Assembly (NCBI GenBank): GCA_019358935.1
Contig: JAHHIK010000056.1
Location: forward strand, 1-54,809
DNA from: Tolypothrix carrinoi HA7290-LM1
GTDB taxonomy: Bacteria; Cyanobacteriota; Cyanobacteriia; Cyanobacteriales; Nostocaceae
Direction of reading: 5' to 3'
Length of the DNA: 54,809 bases
Of this stretch, positions 1 to 9,175 are shown one piece after another (position 1 is the stretch's first letter; every line of letters begins with the position of its first letter). Both the position numbers and the translations under genes were made by a program. Under the pieces are notes generated by a model, which did not search any database, was not told where the DNA came from, and saw only the letters and a program-made list of their open reading frames with translations.

Positions 1-164
1 GGGATGGAATTTCACCATCACGAAAACTGAGTTGTCAAGGTTCATTCACAGGGTTTATTCTGTTATTTTCCTTGCCGCTCATCCTTGGATAAAATCCATT
101 TCGAGCGAACGAATCGCACTTTACAGATGTTGTCAAACATTACGAGATTATCAGGTATTGAGAG

Positions 165-302
165 AGCGATGTCTATCGACAAGCCCTTCGGGTTGGTGCA
201 GTCGCTCATGGGGGAAACCACGGCAGGTGCGTGACTGTCGGCGGAGCCGCCCAACGCACTGCCTCCCCAAGACCGCGCTGCTTCACCGCTGCGCGTCTAC
301 GC
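165..302. repeat. Nested small dispersed repeats (SDR-like) inserted in a split HIP1 site
   Basis: GCGAT|gtctatcgacaagcc...gcgtcta|CGC outer unit. It contains a GCAGTCGCTCATGGGGGAAACC..CCCCAAGACCGCGCTGC unit, which contains a 45-nt ACGGCAGGTGC...AACGCACTGCCT unit. The same units recur near 2140, 3104, 5776 and 47503. Confidence 0.8.
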
Positions 303-321
303 CCGCTTTAGTTCTCAAGGA

Positions 322-352
322 GAATAACCTCCAATTAACATGGAAGTTATTC
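322..352 (-). terminator. Stem-loop downstream of the 382..747 gene
   Basis: Imperfect inverted repeat GAATAACCTCCA-7nt-TGGAAGTTATTC about 30 bp after the stop codon. Confidence 0.4.
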
Positions 353-381
353 ACCAATTAAGTCTGACAGGGCAGCAAGGA

Positions 382-747
382 CTACTGCACCAAAATAGAC
401 CGACTCAAAATACTCATAAATTCACCTGGGTTAGCAGTCGCAAGCAACGGACTCCACGCACCAACATCTGCATATCCAAGTACTTGCAAATAATGGATGG
501 TGCTTTTCACAGCTTTTGGCGAACCAATCAATAGATGCTTGATAAATTCTCTATTTGGAGATGTTTGGGAAGTATTAATTGGGGTTGGATTTGGGTTTTG
601 GACGCCGAATATAAAGCTTTGAGACATACAATAGGTCTCTATCGGTGCTATTGTATTGGCTTGTTGTGCAAGGTATTGCTCAAACTCCAATTGAGCTTTC
701 ACTTGCTCGATATCTGCTACACCAAAGTTTTGAACTTGTGCAATCAT
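382..747 (-). CDS. Conserved-looking cyanobacterial hypothetical protein (C-terminal KHLLIGSP...LGYA...WS domain)
   Basis: ORF 382..786. ATG at 747 has a GAGGT RBS and is the likelier start. Divergent from an XRE HTH gene. Confidence 0.7.
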   Translation of the reverse strand: MIAQVQNFGVADIEQVKAQLEFEQYLAQQANTIAPIETYCMSQSFIFGVQNPNPTPINTSQTSPNREFIKHLLIGSPKAVKSTIHYLQVLGYADVGAWSPLLATANPGEFMSILSRSILVQ

Positions 748-775
748 GTTATTGACCTCGTAAGGGGTTAACGTT

Positions 776-853
776 AGCCGTTGCACTCAACTGCCAATTG
801 ATACCGCAACGGCTTTCATTATTAATACTATAAGTGTCAAGCATAATCGTCAA
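776..853 (-). promoter_or_regulatory. sigma70-type promoter plus structured 5' leader
   Basis: Minus strand TTGACG(853-848)-N17-TAGTAT(830-825). A 9-bp perfect stem AGCCGTTGC/GCAACGGCT (776-784/806-814) encloses an inner TCAATT-GGC-AGTTGA hairpin. Confidence 0.55.
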
Positions 854-889
854 CCAATTGCGTTACTAAAAAGGAATAAAATTATCGTA

Positions 890-1132
890 ATGGATATGAG
901 GCAGTTAAGAGAGAAACTAAATTTGAGAACCGTTGATGTTGCAAGTATCGTGGGTGTAGGCGAATCATCTGTACGAAACTGGGAAAAAGGGCGGACAATA
1001 CCCAAACTTAGGGTTGATCAAACAGCAGCATTGTGTAGGCTATACAAATGTTCCATAGAAGAATTAGAGCAAGCAGTCAACGAATCTATGGCTAAAGCAA
1101 ATCAACACGAAGACAGTACCCTGAGCGAGTAG
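890..1132 (+). CDS. XRE/Cro-family helix-turn-helix regulator
   Basis: LREKLNL..DVASIVGVGESSVRNWEKGRTIP HTH_3 signature. Confidence 0.9.
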   Translation: MDMRQLREKLNLRTVDVASIVGVGESSVRNWEKGRTIPKLRVDQTAALCRLYKCSIEELEQAVNESMAKANQHEDSTLSE

Positions 1133-1194
1133 GTTAAAGCCAACTTATCAATTAAGTAACATCTAGGAGCGATCGCTTTTCCTTCAAACTTCTT

Positions 1195-1647
1195 ATGCGC
1201 GTTATCATTCAGCGAGTTAAATCATCTCAAGTTACCGTCAACGGTGAAATAATCGGCAAAATTGGGCGAGGGTTAAACTTGCTTGTAGGTATTGCCGATA
1301 CGGATACTGATGTCGAAGTTGACTGGATGGTGCGTAAGTGTTTGGATTTGCGGCTGTTTCCTGATGAAGAGGGGGGAGACAGATGGCAAAAATCCGTACA
1401 GGAAATTAACGGTGAGTTGCTGGTAATTAGTCAGTTTACGCTTTACGGAGACTGTCGCAAAGGTCGTCGTCCCTCTTTTGACCGTTCAGCAGCGCCAACA
1501 TTAGCCAAAGACTTATATAATAACTTTGTCGCCAAGTTGCAAGAAAGCGGTTTGCGGGTAGAAACTGGTGAATTTGGCGCGATGATGCAAGTGTCGATTG
1601 AAAATGACGGTCCTGTGACTTTGTTATTAGAGCGAGAAGCAATATAA
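1195..1647 (+). CDS. dtd: D-aminoacyl-tRNA deacylase
   Basis: [19 protein letters not shown] and NDGPVT motifs. Confidence 0.97.
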   Translation: MRVIIQRVKSSQVTVNGEIIGKIGRGLNLLVGIADTDTDVEVDWMVRKCLDLRLFPDEEGGDRWQKSVQEINGELLVISQFTLYGDCRKGRRPSFDRSAAPTLAKDLYNNFVAKLQESGLRVETGEFGAMMQVSIENDGPVTLLLEREAI

Positions 1648-1750
1648 GGGTTTATACGTAGTTAATAAATATAAGCAACGCTATACTAAGCAGTTCTAAA
1701 TGATGAGAGAATATTAAACTAACCATCACAAAAGTTTAAACTCTCTCATC

Positions 1751-2086
1751 ATGGCTAAGATCCAGTTTTCCAGAGGTATTAATGAAGAAGTCATTCCAGA
1801 GGTACGGTTAACGCGATCGCGTACTGGCGACAGTGGTACAGCAACGTTTATTTTCACCAATCCTAAAGCTTTGGATCAAGGCGTCACTGAAGATATCACC
1901 GGTATGTATATGATTGACGAGGAAGGAGAAATCATCACTCGTGAAGTAAAAGCTCGATTTATCAACGGCAAACCAGAAGCATTAGAAGCTATTCATATAA
2001 TGAAATCTAGCGAACAATGGGATCGCTTTATACGCTTTATGGAGCGGTACGGTGAGGAAAATGGATTAGAATTGAGTAAATCTTAA
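1751..2086 (+). CDS. psb28: Photosystem II assembly protein Psb28
   Basis: [22 protein letters not shown]...[11 protein letters not shown]. Confidence 0.96.
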   Translation: MAKIQFSRGINEEVIPEVRLTRSRTGDSGTATFIFTNPKALDQGVTEDITGMYMIDEEGEIITREVKARFINGKPEALEAIHIMKSSEQWDRFIRFMERYGEENGLELSKS

Positions 2087-2087
2087 T

Positions 2088-2520
2088 CGGGCATTGGGCA
2101 TTGGTAATTGGGAATTGGGAATTGGGAATTGGGAATTGGTGAGCCAGTGCGTTGGGGAGGACACCTGCGTGGGCGGCTTTGCCGACTTGAGCAGCGTGTC
2201 CGTTGAGGCAGTGCGTTGGTGAAGCAGCGCGGTCTTCTCCCAAAGGGAGAGGCGCTCCGCCAAGGGGAGGCAGTGCGGTGGACGGGTTCCACAGGCTACA
2301 GCACCTGCCGTGGTTTCCACGCCAGGTGCGTGACTGTCGGCAGAGCCGCCCAACGCACTGGCTCCCCATGAGCGACTGCACCAAAGGGTTTCCCGGCAGA
2401 CGCGCACCTGCCGTCGGGTCTCCCGACAGTCACGCACAGCCGCGAACCCCGAAGGGGTAATTGGAGAAAAGCACGTTACCCATTACCCATTACCCATTAC
2501 CCATTACCCATTCCCCATTA
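2088..2520. repeat. STRR heptamer tracts (TGGGCAT/TGGGAAT/TTACCCA) enclosing a multiply nested SDR composite (about 2140-2457)
   Basis: Tandem heptamers on both sides of a GC-rich block made of ~45-nt units inserted in one another. Confidence 0.85.
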
Positions 2521-2529
2521 ACAAAATAT

Positions 2530-3030
2530 ATGCAACAACCTCATCCTGACTCACCAGAAATGTCAGTAATTTGTGCTGTGGTTACAGTTAGCGATACACG
2601 CACAAGTGAAACAGACAAAAGTGGACAGCTAATTCAACAATTACTCCTCAATGCTAATCATGCTGTAGAAGCTTACACAATTATCAAGGATGAACCAGCA
2701 CAGATTCAAAAGCAAATTCAATTGTTGGCTAAAAACGCTAATTTAGATGTGATAATTTTCAACGGTGGCACGGGAATTGCACCGAGGGATACTACCTACG
2801 ATGCTATTGAGAAATTGCTCTCAAAAACCTTACCGGGATTTGGAGAGTTATTTCGCTTTTTAAGTTATCAAGAAATTGGTTCGCGGGCGATCGCTTCTCG
2901 CGCTGTTGCTGGTATTTATCAAGATAAATTAATCTTTTCTGTTCCTGGTTCTAGCAATGCTGTCCGGTTGGCGATGTCCAAGTTGATTTTACCCGAACTC
3001 GTGCATTTAGTCAGCCAGATGCGGAAATAA
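2530..3030 (+). CDS. moaB: Molybdenum cofactor biosynthesis protein (MoaB/Mog family)
   Basis: [23 protein letters not shown] and PGS motifs. The upstream ORF extension is STRR-derived, so the start is set at ATG 2530. Confidence 0.9.
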   Translation: MQQPHPDSPEMSVICAVVTVSDTRTSETDKSGQLIQQLLLNANHAVEAYTIIKDEPAQIQKQIQLLAKNANLDVIIFNGGTGIAPRDTTYDAIEKLLSKTLPGFGELFRFLSYQEIGSRAIASRAVAGIYQDKLIFSVPGSSNAVRLAMSKLILPELVHLVSQMRK

Positions 3031-3072
3031 TCAATGTAGTAAGGGCTTCAGCCCTTGTATTATCAGCTTCTG

Positions 3073-3269
3073 AGCGGTAAACCGCTCACCCTCCGCTCCT
3101 CGCCAGTCGCTCATCGGGAGCCAGTGCGTTGGGCGGCTCTGCCGACAGTCACGCACCTGGCGTGGAGACCACGGCAGGTGCTGTAGCCTGTGGAACCCGT
3201 CCACCGCACTGCCTCCCCTTGGCGGAGCGCCTCTCCCTTTGGGAGAAGACCGCGCTGGCTCACTACGAA
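3073..3269. repeat. Nested SDR composite; 3104-3257 is an inverted copy of 2225-2378
   Basis: 154-bp reverse-complement match with 2 mismatches. A simpler, un-nested version of the same shell is at 47469-47548. Confidence 0.85.
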
Positions 3270-3304
3270 TTAAGAGTAGATTTTATATTTAATTTATTTA
3301 CGTT

Positions 3305-3336
3305 AAAAAACAACCCCCTTTAGATAGAGGGGGTTG
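3305..3336 (-). terminator. Intrinsic terminator for mraY
   Basis: CAACCCCCT..AGGGGGTTG hairpin followed by a U-tract on the minus strand. Confidence 0.7.
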
Positions 3337-3382
3337 CGAGATTTTATGGAATTATTTTTTCAACATATCAAAATTGAGCGAT

Positions 3383-3406
3383 TCTCCGTAGGAGAGGCTA
3401 CGCCAA
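3383..3406. repeat. 24-nt element inserted into a HIP1 site at the mraY 3' end
   Basis: GCGAT|TCTCCGTAGGAGAGGCTACGCCAA|CGC; it supplies the present mraY stop codon. Confidence 0.75.
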
Positions 3407-4495
3407 CGCCAAACTGATTACAGACAAAATTGCTGCGATAATATAAAACACGCCAACTACTTGTTGTTCAGACCAACCGGTAAGTTCTAAATGATGGTGT
3501 AGGGGTGCCATTTTGAATAACCGCTTACCTTTACCATCAGGACCTTTTGTGGCTTTGTAGTAACCAACTTGCGCCATTACTGAAAGGGTTTCGACGAAGA
3601 AGATACCGCTAATAATAAATAGCGCTACTAGGCTATTAGTCATCAATCCTACGGCTGCCAGAGCGCCTCCCAGTGCCAGGGAACCAGTATCTCCCATGAA
3701 AACGCGAGCCGGGTTGCGATTATGAGCTAAAAAGCCCAAGCAGCTGCCACTGACAGCAGCACAGAAAACCATCAATGTCAGCGAGGTAGGGGCGATGAGA
3801 ACACCTAATGCGAAGATAGCGATCGCTACTGTTCCGGCTGCCAACCCATCAATTCCATCAGTTAAATTAGTCGCGTTACTTTCTGCTACTAAAACAAAAC
3901 CAGCTAAAGGCCAGAATAGAAATCCTAGAGGTAACGAAAAACCTAACATCGGCAAAGCGATATTCGTAATATTAGAAGGTTGGTTAAACATTAGCCACAG
4001 ACAAAACAGTGCGGCAAAACCGACTTGCAAAGCCAGTTTCATATGAGGCGATATACCTTTATTGGACTTACGGCGGAGAATTTGCCAATCGTCAATCCAG
4101 CCAATCAAACCGTAACTTAGTGTTAATGCGGAAACTGCAACTACTTCTGTTGCAAAGTTAGACCATATACAAGCAATAATCACCGCCACAGGCACAAAGA
4201 AAATGCCGCCCATTGTTGGTGTGCCTGCCTTTTTCAAATGCGCTTGCGGACCATCCTCGCGGATTATTTGCCCTGCTTTGAGTGCTTGCAGCCAGGGTAT
4301 CACCCAAAAGCCGACGGCGCCCGACAATAGCGCAGACAACAATAGTGGCAGGGTTAGCGACATACCCTGCCAAGGCAACCGATTGCCCATCCAATCTAAA
4401 CTTAGTGCTGCAACACTTAGTCCTACACCCAATAAAGAGACTAGACCAATACCAGAAATATTTAACCCTTGGTCAGGAGATAATTTAGCGTCCAC
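3398..4495 (-). CDS. mraY: Phospho-N-acetylmuramoyl-pentapeptide transferase
   Basis: KAGTPTMGG, GWIDD, NATNLTDGIDGL, FMGDTGSLALG and MAPLHHHLEL motifs. Confidence 0.98.
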   Translation of the reverse strand: MDAKLSPDQGLNISGIGLVSLLGVGLSVAALSLDWMGNRLPWQGMSLTLPLLLSALLSGAVGFWVIPWLQALKAGQIIREDGPQAHLKKAGTPTMGGIFFVPVAVIIACIWSNFATEVVAVSALTLSYGLIGWIDDWQILRRKSNKGISPHMKLALQVGFAALFCLWLMFNQPSNITNIALPMLGFSLPLGFLFWPLAGFVLVAESNATNLTDGIDGLAAGTVAIAIFALGVLIAPTSLTLMVFCAAVSGSCLGFLAHNRNPARVFMGDTGSLALGGALAAVGLMTNSLVALFIISGIFFVETLSVMAQVGYYKATKGPDGKGKRLFKMAPLHHHLELTGWSEQQVVGVFYIIAAILSVISLALA

Positions 4496-4571
4496 GGATA
4501 TTTCCCTTCACTCCACACTTACAAAAATAAATTACGGGGACTATGCCACTTTTGCCCCCTACCGACAGAAA

Positions 4572-4811
4572 TTAATCGTCATCTACGGGGATATCGTCGT
4601 CATCATCGATATCATAATCAATTCCGCCATCTTCTACACCCATCAAAGAGTCCACATCATCTTCCGAAGATGAAAAATCCGCTTCTTGAACTTCACGCGC
4701 TATCAGACGATTACTTGACTGCAACCAGTCCAAGAGCGAGGACTCTTGCTTTAATGGAATTACGGCGGCTCGTTGGTTGCGGGGTTCTTCACGTAATGGA
4801 GAATTCAACAT
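4572..4811 (-). CDS. Small acidic cyanobacterial protein (DUF3134-like)
   Basis: PRNQRAAVIPLKQESSLLDWLQSSNRLIAR plus acidic tail, directly upstream of mraY. Confidence 0.75.
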   Translation of the reverse strand: MLNSPLREEPRNQRAAVIPLKQESSLLDWLQSSNRLIAREVQEADFSSSEDDVDSLMGVEDGGIDYDIDDDDDIPVDDD

Positions 4812-5044
4812 ATCGACAAACGCACGAAAAGGCTACAGTGAATAGACATTAAGAGTTTATCACTTGATATAGGCGAATTTAGTTCATCATTCAACTCTCT
4901 CATAGAAAAATCCGTCAAAAAATTTTTATTTAATAGCGGTAAACGATCGCATGGGACTAATTGATTCTCAATTAATGTTATGCCTTTATACATAGAACAT
5001 TAATATCGTCTTAATACTGATATCTTTTGAGGTAATGACACATC

Positions 5045-5626
5045 ATGACAAAGGCGTATTTAATTAATGCAATTGCTTCTACAAATCGCGGAATTTTGGC
5101 AACTGAATTAGAAAAACAGGCTATCTTAGCGGCGATCGCTAACTTAGAAGACTTAAACCCTACACCTCGTCCGGTTGAAGCTGTTCATTTGCTCAATGGC
5201 AATTGGCGACTGCTATACACCACTAGCATTGGACTATTAAACCTCGATCGGATACCCTTGTCTAAAGTTGGTCAAATTTATCAGTGTATTCGCGTAGAAA
5301 CTAACAGCGTTTACAACATAGCCGAAATTTATGGCTTACCATTACTCCAAGGTTTAGTGAGCGTGGCTGCTAAATTTGAAGTAGTTTCCGAGCGGCGCGT
5401 CAAAGTCAAATTTGAGCGGTCTATTATCGGCTTGAAAAACTTAATAGGTTACAGTAATCCGGAAACTTTTATCCAACAAATTGAAGCTGGTAAAAAATTC
5501 ACTGCAATTGATTTTCCTATTAAAAGTGGTGAACAACAAGGCTGGCTAGATATCACCTATCTAGATAACGATCTGCGTATTGGTAGAGGTAATGAGGGTA
5601 GTGTGTTTGTCTTAACCAAAGCATAA
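5045..5626 (+). CDS. PAP/fibrillin family protein
   Basis: LNGNWRLLYTTS and WLDITYLDNDLRIGRGNEGSVFVL. Confidence 0.93.
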   Translation: MTKAYLINAIASTNRGILATELEKQAILAAIANLEDLNPTPRPVEAVHLLNGNWRLLYTTSIGLLNLDRIPLSKVGQIYQCIRVETNSVYNIAEIYGLPLLQGLVSVAAKFEVVSERRVKVKFERSIIGLKNLIGYSNPETFIQQIEAGKKFTAIDFPIKSGEQQGWLDITYLDNDLRIGRGNEGSVFVLTKA

Positions 5627-5685
5627 AATGTTCCTCAAAGAGTATTTGCGAATGACCTTAAGCGATTGTAGGTACTTTGTCAAGA

Positions 5686-6070
5686 GGGGAATGGGGCATT
5701 GGGCATTGGGAATTGGGAATTGGGCATTGGTAATTGGTAATTGGTAATTGGTAATTGTTTTTTCCATTCCCCATCACGCCAGTTGCGCGTCTGCCGGGAA
5801 ACCCTTTGGTGCAGTCGCTCATGGGGGAAACCCCCTTTCTGCGCGCTGCCTCACCAACGCACTGGCTCCCCCATGCCCCATGACGGCAGATGCGTGACTG
5901 TCGGCAGAGCCGCCCAACGCACTGCCTCCCCCATGCCCAATGACGGCAGGTGCGCGTCTGCCGGGGAACCCTTTGGTGCAGTCGCTCATGGGGGAAACCC
6001 CCTTTCTGCGCGCTGCCTTACCAACGCACTGCCTCCCCAATGCCCACTTGGACAATGCCCAATGCCCAAT
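5686..6070. repeat. STRR tract with tandem and nested SDR units
   Basis: (TGGGCAT/TGGTAAT)n, then three ACG(C/G)CAG.TGC...AACGCACTG(G/C)CT units separated by CCCCATG heptamers. Confidence 0.85.
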
Positions 6071-6153
6071 GTCTAATATAGATATAATTCCAAATCACGC
6101 TACTTCGATGCCAGTCGCACGTAAGTGGCTCCAAAATCTAAAATTCAAAATTG

Positions 6154-7293
6154 ATGGATAGACGGTCTTTTATACTGGGTACAAGCGCACTGGCATCGCA
6201 ACTGCTTGTTGGGTGTGCTGACAACAATCAGGCGAAATTAAACGTGCAGCTATTGAAAGGCTCTATCCCCGGACAGGTGGTGAATCAATTTAGCAAGAGT
6301 TTACAGCAAAAGGCACAATTAAAGTTTGCCCCAGTAGGACAATTGCAGGATTTATTTGATCAATTGCAAACTTGGCAGGGAAAAACCAAAAATACTGATG
6401 GTAAGGGATGGCTTCCCTCGTTACGTTTACCGCAATTCCAAAAAACCGTTGTAGCCGATTTGGTAACGTTGGCAGATTATACACTTAAAGAGGCAATTGA
6501 GCAGAAACTGATTCAACCATTGGAAGAGTCGCAGTTAAAACAGTGGTCTGCTTTGCCGAAACGCTGGCAAGAATTGGTCAGACGTAATGACCAAGGTAAC
6601 TTGGATGCTCAAGGAAAAATTTGGGCTGCACCTTACCGCTGGGGTAGTAGCGTGATTGTTTACCGCCGCGATAAATTTAAAAAGCCGCCGAGAGATTGGG
6701 CTGATTTGTTCAGAAGTGAATGCAAAGGTCGCATTTCTCTGCTCGATCAACCACGAGAAGTTATTGGTATAGTTTTGAAGAAGTTAGGAAAATCCTACAA
6801 CACTGAAAATCTTGATAAAGTGCCTTCTTTGGAAAAGGAATTACGAACCTTAAACCAACAGGTGAAGTTTTACGCTGATGATAAGTATCTCGAACCCTTA
6901 ATCATTGGCGATACTTGGTTAGCAGTTGCTTGGTCAAGCGACGTAGTACGGATGCTAACACGTTATCCAGAACTTGCGGCAATTATCCCTGAGTCCGGAA
7001 CGGCAATGTGGTCAGACTTGTGGGTGCGTCCAGTTCAGGGAAAAAGTCCTTTATCATCTGAGTTTATTGATTTTTGTTGGACTCCCAACATTGCCAAGCA
7101 AATTTCTTTGCTGACTAAAACTAATTCGCCAATTTCTACCGACATTGCGACATTTGACATCCAGGAACCATTACGCAATCTTTTAGTGAGTAATTCTCAA
7201 TTTTTCGATAAAAATGAATTTTTATTGCCTTTATCCCAATCAACGCAAAAGCAGTACCAAGATTTGTTTGCCAGAATCAAAAATGAAGCATGA
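6154..7293 (+). CDS. Polyamine-type ABC substrate-binding lipoprotein (PotD/PotF-like), Tat signal
   Basis: MDRRSFIL twin-arginine, LVGC lipobox, PYRWG..IVYR and W.DLW motifs. Confidence 0.88.
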   Translation: MDRRSFILGTSALASQLLVGCADNNQAKLNVQLLKGSIPGQVVNQFSKSLQQKAQLKFAPVGQLQDLFDQLQTWQGKTKNTDGKGWLPSLRLPQFQKTVVADLVTLADYTLKEAIEQKLIQPLEESQLKQWSALPKRWQELVRRNDQGNLDAQGKIWAAPYRWGSSVIVYRRDKFKKPPRDWADLFRSECKGRISLLDQPREVIGIVLKKLGKSYNTENLDKVPSLEKELRTLNQQVKFYADDKYLEPLIIGDTWLAVAWSSDVVRMLTRYPELAAIIPESGTAMWSDLWVRPVQGKSPLSSEFIDFCWTPNIAKQISLLTKTNSPISTDIATFDIQEPLRNLLVSNSQFFDKNEFLLPLSQSTQKQYQDLFARIKNEA

Positions 7294-7308
7294 AAAATAT
7301 CTCTTTTT

Positions 7309-7845
7309 CTATAAAGAGCGCCCTAACCCTAGCTTATTCTGACTATCAATATCTATCCTACATAAAGTTGGACTTGTATTAAAGTTACAAGTATAAGTTG
7401 CTAAACGTTCTTGTTGATAGTTGAAAACCCGGATATTGTAACGGTAATTTCTGGCAAGGCTGCCTACACGATTCACGAAGTTGTATCGTTCTAAATAGTC
7501 TAAAATACTCCAAAATTGCTGGTTGACAACAACATCAACTCGTGCTGGTTGTGTACCTGATGCTGGATATGCTATCCAGTTATCTAGCAACTTGTTCTCA
7601 GAGTTTTCTTTTGCCCACCATAAACTAGGAACAGTCAATTGCCCTTGGTTAATGGTGTTAGCTGTAATTACACCTTTTGGATTGTTCAATAAATTTAATT
7701 CTAAAGGAGCATCAGAAGCGGGTGGTATAGATGCTTCAGTTTGTGCTGTTGATGGTTGAATTGATAAAAGGGAAATCGTGGTGAGGCTAATGCCTAAGAA
7801 TAGTGTAAGTAATGACTTTTGAGCAGCCATTTTATGTTTACGCAT
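7309..7845 (-). CDS. Conserved hypothetical secreted protein
   Basis: Signal-like N-terminus; PSLWW...W..LDYLERYNF...YNIRVFN pattern. Confidence 0.75.
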   Translation of the reverse strand: MRKHKMAAQKSLLTLFLGISLTTISLLSIQPSTAQTEASIPPASDAPLELNLLNNPKGVITANTINQGQLTVPSLWWAKENSENKLLDNWIAYPASGTQPARVDVVVNQQFWSILDYLERYNFVNRVGSLARNYRYNIRVFNYQQERLATYTCNFNTSPTLCRIDIDSQNKLGLGRSL

Positions 7846-8039
7846 AACTTATACCCTGTTTGATTTGGGATTAATCCTCAAAGCGGTAACGGGTAATAGG
7901 TTTTTATCAATTCCTCAAAACCGATTACCCATTACATTTTTTAGATTATCCTCAATTCTTTAATCTAAAATATTAAATTTAGAATTGTCTACTTACTAAA
8001 GACAGAGTTTTTAATACCAATGTTTCCAATTTTTGCGGT

Positions 8040-8098
8040 AATCAAAACAATTTTTCTGTCTTCTACCAGATTCTTAAAGCAGAAAGAAGCGCGATCGC
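8040..8098 (+). repeat. Left direct repeat of the melC cassette (ends in HIP1)
   Basis: AATCAAAACAATTTTTCTGTCTTCTACCAGATTCTTAAAGCAGAAAGAAGCGCGATCGC; recurs, split by a MITE, at 10118-10278. Confidence 0.85.
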
Positions 8099-8707
8099 GC
8101 GGCATCTTTTAGTGGCATTTCAATTTTAACAATCACAGCGCAGTGTATTATTCTCACTCATATTGCAAACAAAGCTGCGTGGATGCTGGCAATTTCTTTG
8201 GGTGAAGTTGCAAGTGCTTCAAAAAGACAATACGTATGCGATCGCTTAAGGGGTACTGCGATGCAGCGCGATCGCACAAAGCGCGGAATGTCGGTTAAAA
8301 TTCCCAAAAAAATCTCAAAAATTCCCAAAAATAAAATTATACTTTTTTGGCTGCTTGTGATATGTATCTAAAATATATGAAGAATACGTAAAAATACTGA
8401 AAAATTATTGCTTTATCAATTAAATAACTGTATTGTTAAAAGTGGCTTTTCAAAAAAAGCGCTAACAAAACATAATTTCAGCGCATCGAAAAAAGCGTTG
8501 CCTTGGTGAATCGACGAATATCGGTATCAAACTTGTGTTTGTGTTCGGTTGTTGACATCACCAGGAATTTTGGGCATGGATACTATCAGTAGTTCATACC
8601 CAATTAACAAATTCGACTACTGATATTTAACAACTCGATTGCCTTTAGATAACTAAATTTTCAGTTTACTTGAGTAACAAATTAGTGAATTATATTCAAC
8701 AGTAAAA

Positions 8708-9112
8708 ATGATGTTTTCTAGTTTTTCTCGACGTCAATTTTTAAGTCTAATCAGCTTCGTGGGTATTGGAACCGTAGTTGCAGGAAGTACTCCATTCCTA
8801 GGCAACTTCTTGGCTAGTAAAGCCGAAGCTCAAGAAATATCTGAGGAAGTATACAAAGGTAGAAGATATAGGATCGTAACCAATCAAACGCAAGAAACGA
8901 CTGGAAATATAGATACTACATTTGACAGGTCGGAGCAGTTATTTATTGATGACAAACAAATTAGAATTGCCAGAAATAAGAACACAGACAAATATATGAC
9001 ACCTCTTTTATTTGGGGAGTTTAACTCGCCCCAAGAAGTAGCAAGAATGTTAATAGACATGGGAATAAAGTTACCTAGTGGCGAGGTACAGCTAGATCCT
9101 AATGTTGATTGA
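8708..9112 (+). CDS. melC1: Tat-exported tyrosinase caddie/cofactor protein (MelC1-like)
   Basis: SRRQFL twin-arginine signal with AEA cleavage site. EEVYKGRR and LFIDD...F.SP..VAR..ID match the Streptomyces MelC1 pattern. Lies directly upstream of a tyrosinase. Confidence 0.8.
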   Translation: MMFSSFSRRQFLSLISFVGIGTVVAGSTPFLGNFLASKAEAQEISEEVYKGRRYRIVTNQTQETTGNIDTTFDRSEQLFIDDKQIRIARNKNTDKYMTPLLFGEFNSPQEVARMLIDMGIKLPSGEVQLDPNVD

Positions 9113-9175
9113 AAAGTCTTAGCGTATGCAGTTAAGGATTTCAAGAAACTCTTGCTTTGAAAACAGAGGTGGAAT

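Noticed and set aside
2037..2460. Several overlapping ORFs (2037..2384, 2066..2437, 2083..2292, 2203..2460), and similar ones at 32-361, 3129, 5741-6161, 24938-25496, 33992-34388 and 42982-43337
   Set aside because: They are translations of STRR/SDR repeats (PIPNSQ, PCPP and GSADSHAP patterns), not genes
5776..6036. Repeat-spacer-like array resembling a CRISPR
   Set aside because: The apparent spacers are themselves repeats found elsewhere in the window, unit lengths vary through nesting, and no cas genes are present
8183..8371. 62-aa ORF inside the melC cassette
   Set aside because: Spans HIP1 clusters and low-complexity AT sequence, has no recognisable motif, and is more likely promoter region
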